Positions 15,542 to 23,500 of a stretch of 27,062 nt of DNA are shown here, in pieces. Numbering within the stretch: the stretch's first letter is position 1; each line of letters begins with the position of its first letter. The stretch spans positions 1 to 27,062 of the IMG/VR virus record IMGVR_UViG_3300020203_000084; one strand, written 5' to 3'. Position numbers and translations under genes: made by a program. Source of the DNA: a virus (Duplodnaviria > Caudoviricetes). The notes under the pieces were generated by a model. That model saw nothing but the letters and a program-made list of their open reading frames with translations, was not told where the DNA came from and did not search any database.

Positions 15542-16192
15542 ATGGCAATATTATTTGACGCATCATCAGGGGGGGTAGCATCAAGTACATCTTTGACATA
15601 CTCTCACACATGTACGGGGTCAAATCGTATACTTTTTGTTGGGATACTGACAGGTGGTACTAACGACATCGTTACGGGTGTTACTTACGGCGGAGTTTCG
15701 ATGTCACAGGTAAACAAGCAGGTGGCTACGAATGGGTATATGTATAGTTATATACTCATTGCTCCCGCAACTGGAGCGAATAATGTGGTGGTTAGCGTAT
15801 CTCCCACTCAAGATATATGGTCTGCATCTGCTTCTTATACTGGGGCTACTCAATCTTCTCAACCTCATCAACAGGGAACTGCTGTCCAAGCATCGGGTAC
15901 ATCTTTTGCCTCACAGTCGCTGACTCCTACTCTGACTAATACTTGGCACATCTCGTGGTTTAGAAGTTCGGCTAATTTAATTATAGCGGCTGGTAGCGGA
16001 ACAACAAAAAGACAGTCTCCCGCAACCTCAACTGAAATGATGATTGCTGATTCAAATGGGGAGATTACCATCAATGTTGCTCACACATTAAATGCCACTG
16101 GTTCAACTGGACAATGGACATCTAATGGAATTGTATTGTCATCTACAGATTCTGAGGAAGGGGGTACAGGTAACTTCTTAGCATTTTTCTAA
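15542..16192 (+). CDS. Putative fibre-distal / receptor-binding beta protein
   Basis: S/T/G-rich; TSLTYSHTCTGSNRILFVG...VTGVTYGGVSM; C-terminal NFLAFF; follows the fibre gene. Confidence 0.5.
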   Translation: MAILFDASSGGVASSTSLTYSHTCTGSNRILFVGILTGGTNDIVTGVTYGGVSMSQVNKQVATNGYMYSYILIAPATGANNVVVSVSPTQDIWSASASYTGATQSSQPHQQGTAVQASGTSFASQSLTPTLTNTWHISWFRSSANLIIAAGSGTTKRQSPATSTEMMIADSNGEITINVAHTLNATGSTGQWTSNGIVLSSTDSEEGGTGNFLAFF

Positions 16193-16202
16193 AATATAAT
16201 TT

Positions 16203-17042
16203 ATGCTTACCCACACATTAAGACGAAACCTCGCAGGCAAACTCACAAGCGATTCAAGCGCGGATAACTTAACGCTACTTGACACGCTATTAAACGAAGC
16301 TGACAGAGAAATCCTCACCTTGAAACCATGGCCGTTTGCGTATAAAACTAGAATGTTCAGTACGAATACGGCGAATGTGCATTTTCTACCTCAAGATTGT
16401 GGAACGGTGAATACAATTACAGTTACGATTGGCACGACTAAATATACTCCCCCTGTCGTGACCACTCGTGAAGAATGGGACTCCCTTAACCAATCAACAA
16501 GTACATCAAACACTCCTGAATATGTCTACATATTCGGTAACTCTTTCAGTTTCTATCCTGCTCCGGCAAGTGCCACAACTGACGCTGGGACGATTTCATT
16601 CAAGCGTAGACAGAAAGACTTGTCGGTTGCGGATTATACGACAGGGACAATCTCAAGTATCGCCCTAGCAGGGGTCGCTGTGGTCGGTGCGACTACTTCT
16701 TGGACTACGCAAATGGCGGGGCGATTTATCAGGATTACAGACTCGAACACTGGTAACACAGGTGACGGTTATTGGTATGAGATTGCTTCGGTAGAAACTA
16801 CAACTGCACTTACGCTTGTCACTCCGTACAACGGCATAGCGATCTCTGGGGGTTCAGCCGCTTACACGATAGGCCAGACTTCAATTATCCCAGAGGAGTT
16901 TCAGACGCTATCAGTGTACAGAGCTTGTGAACTGTACTTTTCTGGGATAATGCCCGAAAGAGAACGTGCAGGGTTGTACAAAGGATTATATGCCGAGGGT
17001 GTACAACGTATGAAAGCAGAGCTCGGTAGTAGAATAATATGA
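16203..17042 (+). CDS. Head-to-tail adaptor (P22 gp4 / T7 gp11 analogue) with inserted beta domain
   Basis: LLNEADREI....WPFA, FYPAP, IPEEFQ.L.VY.A helical-bundle pattern; sits directly before the nozzle gene. Confidence 0.7.
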   Translation: MLTHTLRRNLAGKLTSDSSADNLTLLDTLLNEADREILTLKPWPFAYKTRMFSTNTANVHFLPQDCGTVNTITVTIGTTKYTPPVVTTREEWDSLNQSTSTSNTPEYVYIFGNSFSFYPAPASATTDAGTISFKRRQKDLSVADYTTGTISSIALAGVAVVGATTSWTTQMAGRFIRITDSNTGNTGDGYWYEIASVETTTALTLVTPYNGIAISGGSAAYTIGQTSIIPEEFQTLSVYRACELYFSGIMPERERAGLYKGLYAEGVQRMKAELGSRII

Positions 17043-18628
17043 TCAAAGACCTCGAAATTGAAAGCGTGCTAGAGGGAATTTCCTCAACTAACTACCTCTC
17101 AGGTAATGGGCAGTATAATTCTGCTGTTGGTATTGATAGTGACGCACCTGTAGGCTCAAACACCAAGACATCAGGTATTATTGTCCCGACTCGCTACGAG
17201 AAGTTTTCAGGGGTAGAATTTACTGGCTCGCCTCTTTGGATTCTAACTAACAATAAAACCGCGAATACAGTTGTCTATGCCTCTGACGGTAAACTTCATT
17301 CTTTTGATAGCTCTATCGTCATGCGTGCGACTGACGAGGCGACGACTGCATTTCCAATAACTATCACAGGAGGTGCTGGAAACGGTGGATTTTTCTATAA
17401 TAATTTTTACTATCTTTGCGAAGATACTGATATTTCTCAATATGGTGGTATGGATCAGGGTGCTTCGATTGCGAAAACAGAGAACGTTTGGACGGGTGCG
17501 AAGTTTAGCAAGACAGCTCTGACTGATACAACTTATCCAACTTTACAAGGTGTGGAGATTCCTAATCACCCCGGTCATGTTCATACCGACAACTCTGCTT
17601 ATATAGGGGACGTGGTAACTGGGCAAGGTGTCATTCATCGAATGAACACCAAGAAAACTACTATAGAGGGCGACACAAACGGCACAACAGTCCCCTCTGC
17701 ATTTAACGCCCTTGACTTACCGTTCGGATATTATCCGACAGATATTGAAAGTTATGGCACTGACGTGGTTATCGCCGCAATCCGAACGACTAGCTCATCA
17801 ATCAATCAAGGCTCAGCTGTCCTTTTTTTCTGGGACCCAACGAACACTGACTCTTTTTACAGACAGCTTCATTTGCCCGACCCTTTGGTTACTGCTCTTC
17901 TAAACGTAAACGGTGTGCTTTATGTTTGGACAGGTAATGCCTCAAACGGTGTTCGTCTTTCAAAATACATTGGAGGTGAAACAATTAGCGAGGTCGCTTA
18001 TCAAGAGGAAGGCGTGCCGCCTTTTGCCGGTGCAGTAGACGCTATAGGCTCACGCCTTGTATGGGGTGCGGCTACAAGCTATCCAGCAACCACCGCTTTG
18101 GTTATGGCGTATGGTAGTAAAAATGACTCACTACCAAAAGGACTGCAGAACATTGTTCGCTCAACATCAGCTGGAGCAACGCAGAACGTATGTTCTTTAA
18201 AGTTTGTCCAGCAAGCTAATAACATTCAACCAAGAATGATTGTGGGGTGGCGTGACGCTGACGCAAAGGGGCTAGATAAGCTCTCAACATCTGCAACTTT
18301 TAATACCATTTGGCGAAGCGAGATTTTTAACGTCAATGAAAAGTTTGTTTTGAAGAAGCTCACTATTCCTCTCGCTGGTGCGGTAGACGCAAATACCACA
18401 ATCACAGTCAAAGTACATTTAGACGACGCTTCTTCCAGCGTGACTCTCACGACAATCAACAACACTAATTATCCTTCAAAGCGTAAGGTATTATTTAAGG
18501 CAGGGGAGCTACTTGCGTGTACAGGCGAGAATAACTTTTTTATAGAAATTCTGCACACAGGCACAACAAGTATGCCGATACTTTTACCGATAAGAATGAA
18601 GATCGATTCCGCAGACGATGAGCAGTAA
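17039..18628 (+). CDS. Tail nozzle / DNA stabilisation protein (P22 gp10 / T7 gp12 analogue)
   Basis: 529 aa, beta-propeller-like composition (LFFWD, VLYVWTG), C-terminal WRSEIFN beta sandwich; ATGA-coupled to the adaptor. Confidence 0.62.
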   Translation: MIKDLEIESVLEGISSTNYLSGNGQYNSAVGIDSDAPVGSNTKTSGIIVPTRYEKFSGVEFTGSPLWILTNNKTANTVVYASDGKLHSFDSSIVMRATDEATTAFPITITGGAGNGGFFYNNFYYLCEDTDISQYGGMDQGASIAKTENVWTGAKFSKTALTDTTYPTLQGVEIPNHPGHVHTDNSAYIGDVVTGQGVIHRMNTKKTTIEGDTNGTTVPSAFNALDLPFGYYPTDIESYGTDVVIAAIRTTSSSINQGSAVLFFWDPTNTDSFYRQLHLPDPLVTALLNVNGVLYVWTGNASNGVRLSKYIGGETISEVAYQEEGVPPFAGAVDAIGSRLVWGAATSYPATTALVMAYGSKNDSLPKGLQNIVRSTSAGATQNVCSLKFVQQANNIQPRMIVGWRDADAKGLDKLSTSATFNTIWRSEIFNVNEKFVLKKLTIPLAGAVDANTTITVKVHLDDASSSVTLTTINNTNYPSKRKVLFKAGELLACTGENNFFIEILHTGTTSMPILLPIRMKIDSADDEQ

Positions 18629-18637
18629 TAAAATAAC

Positions 18638-19060
18638 ATGCCAAAATTCAAACAAAATAATATCCCCGCGCCAAGCAAAGACTTCGTAACTGACGAGGAG
18701 GTACGTGAAATTATTGCGGCGGCTTTAGCTAACTGGACGGGTATCACAAGGTTTAGGACAGTCGAAAGTGTGGTTACGATAATTGCAGATTTCTCTAACG
18801 CTCAACATAACCATACGAATACATCAGGTGGTGGGCAATTAACGGACGCCGCTCTTTCCGCAGTGGTGACGGTGCCGAAGGGTGGAACTGGAGTGAATAC
18901 CATTACGTCTGGTGGGATTTTGAAAGGCGCGGGTGCAGGTGCGATTACGACAGTCGTGCCACAGGCGGGAGTGAAGACGTGCTTTGTGGCGAATACAAAT
19001 GGAGGACTTGCAACAACACAGATTACGTTCACCGATGGAATTTTAACAGCAGGATTATAA
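18638..19060 (+). CDS. Putative tail needle / spike
   Basis: Occupies the position of P22 gp26; HNH (HxH) motif, VPKGGTG fibre repeat, C-terminal ITFTDGILT. Confidence 0.45.
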   Translation: MPKFKQNNIPAPSKDFVTDEEVREIIAAALANWTGITRFRTVESVVTIIADFSNAQHNHTNTSGGGQLTDAALSAVVTVPKGGTGVNTITSGGILKGAGAGAITTVVPQAGVKTCFVANTNGGLATTQITFTDGILTAGL

Positions 19061-19075
19061 AATAATAATACTAAT

Positions 19076-20509
19076 ATGGCAAAAACAGATAAAAGAAGAA
19101 GTTTTAGGGACAGAGTTAAGGGTGCTGTCGGCGGTGCGGTAAGTGCAATAAAAAGAGCTGTTACAAAAAGTTCAAGAAATATTCCAACACAATATAGAAC
19201 TCCGACAATCAAGTCATTGTCAACTCGTCCTGCGACAGACTTTATGACTCCTGCTCCTGTTACACCTCGCCGTCCCGCGAAAGACTTTATGACTCCTGCT
19301 CCTGTTACACCTCGTCCTCGTCCCGCGAGAGACTTTATGACTCCTGCTCCTGTTACACCTCGTCCTGCGACAGACTTTATGACTCCTGCTCCTGTTACAC
19401 CTCGCCGTCGTCAGTTTGGTAGTAATCAGTCAGCAAACGCGCTTGGTGCGATAGGAGGTCGGGTTGTTTCTGCTCCACGTCCCGCGACAGATTTTATGAC
19501 ACCTCGCCCTCCTGAACGACCTACTGATACTCCTTCAACTTTCACTGAAGAAAAGGGCTCTCCTGCTACTGAAAGAACAGAATCCTATACCTTGCCCGGT
19601 AGTAGTAACCCTATTAAGCCTAGTCAATTGTCAGAACAGCAGAGTGCTAATATCGCGCAACTGAAAACTCTTGGTGAACAACTGCAAGCGGCACAAGAGG
19701 CTCTTGCAACTGCCGGAACAGAAGAAGAAAGAAATGTAGCTGGACAAGAAGAACAAAGAGCTGATAGAGAATATGCTCAAGCTGAAAGGGCTTACGAAAG
19801 ACTTTTGCGAGAATCAGAGGGTGAGGTTCAAGCTCAAACAGGAATCGACGCTTTATCTGCACAAAGTGCGGCAATAAACGCACAATACAGATCGGAGTCA
19901 GCAGATGTAAAAAATCAGCCTATTCCTGCAGGGTTCATTACCGGACAGGATAAGGCTCTATATGAAAAAGCTCAGACTGGATTAGGCACTCTAGCCACAC
20001 AAAAAATCCCACTAGAGCAACAACTATCGCGTGAACAAGCAAAACGTCAGTCTGCTATTGATGTCTCAAAACAAAGACTAACTTCGTTAGAGAACAAACG
20101 AAGCCGATATGATTCCAGACGTAAAGAAAGAAAGTCTGATTTGAAAGATAAACAAGACAGAGAGCGAGATGAACGAAAGTATCAAGAAGACGTGCGACGC
20201 TATGGTCTTGATTATGCACAAAACGAGAGGAGAATAAATCAAGCTAATAGAGAGAAAACAACTCCTAAATTCCGAGTTTCATCGTCTGATATTGACCAAG
20301 GGACATCTGCTCTTGAACAGAGTCGAGGTTCTGATGGATTTGTTGATACCGCTCTTTATACGAATCTATATCGTGACTGGATTGACGGCGGCGGTTCGAG
20401 AAGCGAATTTCTAAATTACTTTCCGTCAAACTCTTACCTTAATCCGAATGACCCAACAGTCCCAGCATATTTAAGACCAACAGGTAGCGGTGGAAATTGG
20501 AGGGGATAA
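19076..20509 (+). CDS. Internal virion / DNA ejection protein with Pro-Thr-Arg repeats
   Basis: Basic disordered N-terminus, tandem RPAxDFMTPAPVTP, long Q/E/A coiled coil; precedes the giant ejection protein. Confidence 0.62.
   Translation: MAKTDKRRSFRDRVKGAVGGAVSAIKRAVTKSSRNIPTQYRTPTIKSLSTRPATDFMTPAPVTPRRPAKDFMTPAPVTPRPRPARDFMTPAPVTPRPATDFMTPAPVTPRRRQFGSNQSANALGAIGGRVVSAPRPATDFMTPRPPERPTDTPSTFTEEKGSPATERTESYTLPGSSNPIKPSQLSEQQSANIAQLKTLGEQLQAAQEALATAGTEEERNVAGQEEQRADREYAQAERAYERLLRESEGEVQAQTGIDALSAQSAAINAQYRSESADVKNQPIPAGFITGQDKALYEKAQTGLGTLATQKIPLEQQLSREQAKRQSAIDVSKQRLTSLENKRSRYDSRRKERKSDLKDKQDRERDERKYQEDVRRYGLDYAQNERRINQANREKTTPKFRVSSSDIDQGTSALEQSRGSDGFVDTALYTNLYRDWIDGGGSRSEFLNYFPSNSYLNPNDPTVPAYLRPTGSGGNWRG
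19226..19404 (+). repeat. In-frame coding minisatellite, 4 copies (fifth partial copy at 19478-19506)
   Basis: Identical 32-mer GACTTTATGACTCCTGCTCCTGTTACACCTCG at 19238, 19283, 19331 and 19373; periods 45, 48, 42. Confidence 0.95.
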
Positions 20510-20513
20510 AACT

Positions 20514-23500
20514 ATGGGTATATTTGACAATACATTAGGAGGACAGACCAAACAAAAGCCAAAAGGTGGTGGTATATTTGCCAATACCATTTCAAGACAA
20601 CGGCCACAACAGCAATACCACGCCTCTGTGGACTCACGTGGCACTTCTTTAGGCTTCTCTGACGAGCGAGATACGTCTGGTCGTCCTTTCTTTGCCTATC
20701 GTAATCCGGGCGACACTTCTACTACTACGGACTATAAGCGTGTGGCGACGCAGTTTGACCCTAGGATAGCTACAACAACACCTCGTGATAGTTTCTACAA
20801 TCCTCGTGATCCTCGTATTGGTGACAGTGACAAGAGAACACAAATAGACCACAAAATGGCCTTGGCTCTTTCAGGCTCTAATAACCCTGCTAACTTGCGC
20901 ACTGTACCGAACGCTCAAAATAGAGATTCAGGTATCATCCGTGACTTACAAGGCAACGTTATAGCAGGCAGAAATAGTCTATTCCAAGCACAAAGCGACC
21001 TTGCTATCGAAAAGAAAACACCGCTACCTTTCACTGGTAGTCGGTATGGGCAATTCGCCCTTGAAGCTAAACAGGCACAAGAAGAGGCAAGGAAAGCGCA
21101 AAGTTTTGGTGGGTTGTTTAAGAATACGTTATCTGACTTGAAAAGTCGCTTTATTAATTTTGGACAAAAAGTAAGTGAAGCTGTACCGGGCGTTCGTGCG
21201 ATAGCTGATATGGGAGTACAAGGAAGTTTTGAACCCATTATAAAACATGCTTCTACAATTGGTACAAAGGAACATCAGGAAAGACTCCTAGGAAAAAAAG
21301 ACTACCCAATTAAAAATAAGGAAGGGAAAACACTTGGGTACACTTATTCCCCAAAAAACCAGATGAACTTTGCTCTTGGTTTTGTCAATCCTGTTGGAGG
21401 CGAAGGTACTGTACTTGATAAAATTGCCAAAGAAAAATCTTTTTCTGTCATAAAAAACTTACTCAAAAAAATTGGAGACTATAGTGATGACGTTGTAGAG
21501 AAACTTGTTAGAACAGATACTGTTGACGAAGTAACGTCAATACTCCGTAGTAACAGAACAATCCGACAGGTAGAGTTTAGTGAGACTGCCAACCTCTTAC
21601 CTGCCAAAGAGGCAGTGGCTAAAGGCCTCACAGCACAGCAGTATGTGGCGGATAGGATTGGTGCAACAAAAGAAGTTCTCGGAAAACCAGATTCTGTTAT
21701 GGGAAAACAAGATTTTCGAGTGAATATAAATGTAGATGGAAAAAACTACAATCCGCCAAATACTTTTTCTTACACTCCCACCTCTCAAACTACTAAGGCC
21801 AAAGGAACACTTCCTAAAGCTACTTCAGCTCTTGATCCAGACGTAGCTCAGTCTCTCCGTGCGGCTAAAGGTCTATCAGCACAAGACATCATAACCAAGC
21901 ACCCTGACATCAACCTCAAACGAGATGTGCCTGTTACTGACATCTATGGAAACAAGTCAGTTATCCCAGCAGGCGAAGCTCTAACTCCTTACGAACTTAA
22001 AGGCAACAAGGTAGCTCTCAAAGACGGAGAGACTTATATTGTATCTAAAAGCCAAGCCCAGAATGTAATGAACAACGCTCAGAGCGGTGAAGCTAAAACT
22101 TTTGCACCAGAGCTGAAAGGAACGGAGGAAACGGTGAAGGGACAAAAAGAAGTAGGCTTGGAATTCAAAAAAGGTAGTAATGGAGATTTTACAGCAGGAA
22201 ATATAACAATTAGACCAGAAAAAGATAACTTCTTTTTGTTTGGTACTGGCGATAATATTATTCTCGGAAGAAATGCTAAGACTTTTAAGGAAGCGACTAT
22301 TTTAGCACAACGACACGTTGATTCTAAAATAGCACCCACCAAATTCTCCTCATTCCAACTCCCCGATGGTAAGAACTACAAGGAGATATTGATTAAGGCA
22401 CCAAATGTAGGAGAACAAAATGTAATAGAAATGCAAAGACTCCAAAAAGGTACTGCTTCGCCAGAAGATGTTGCTAAATATATTAAATTAAAAGAATCAC
22501 AAAAAACAATCCCTAATATTTTCAAATCCTCTCACTGGGATGAACCAAACATCATCTCTCACCTACGCCTCAACGAAAGAACCTATCAAGGCAAGAAAGT
22601 AACCTTTATGGAGGAGCTACAGAGCGACTGGGCGAGGGAAGGAAGGAGTAAGGGGTTTCAGTATGAAAATCCTGACGCTGAATCTTTAATATTAGAGAAT
22701 CAAATTAAAAGTTTAACGGACAAATATCCAAATGCTAGTGGAACTCGCACACCTGAAATACAAAATCAGATAAATGAACTGGGGGATAAAATGAACGCAA
22801 TCCACGACTCTAAAAGTGGTGTCCCCAACAACCCACTCCTCAAAAACTGGCAACAGACTTCTGTTAAGCGTGCCCTCAAAGAAGCTGTAGACTCTAACAG
22901 TGAATACTTCGCTTGGATAAACGGAGAACAAACAAGTGCGAGGTATGATTTGGCGACGAAGCTGGATAATGTGGAGTGGAAAATGGCTGGCGATAAAAAA
23001 TCAATTACGCTTACCCCCACTGGCAAAAAAGAAACAATAAAAGTATACCTAAATAAAGACGGGAAAATACACCTTGCTCCATCAAGTGACGAATGGGAGG
23101 GCAAAAAGCTAGACGAAGTCCTCGGCAAAGGTCTTGCAGACAAGATCATGGAAAAGGAATCAGGCACTCTCTCAGGTGACGGACTAAAGTTTGGTGGTGA
23201 ATGGGCTAATACTCTCTACGACAAACGAGTAGGTAACATAGTCAAAGACCTCACAGGAGCAAAGGTAGAGAACTTGGATATGGGGTTGCCGGTAGATAAG
23301 AATACAACCAAAACAACAACCCAGCAGGGTATCAGACTCACGCCGGAGATAAAAGCGATAATAAAAAGCGAAGCACCTACACTGAAAGCACCATCAGGAA
23401 AATCACCAGTATCAACGCAACCACAATTAGAAAGTCCAGTCGGATCATCATTTAAGAATACCATAAAAAGGTTCTTTGATGAGCGTGGAGGTGCACAAGG

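Noticed and set aside
19238-19404. Four identical 32 bp repeats as a mini CRISPR array
   Set aside because: The intervening segments are only 10-16 bp and similar to each other, all periods are multiples of 3 within an open frame, and no cas genes are present.
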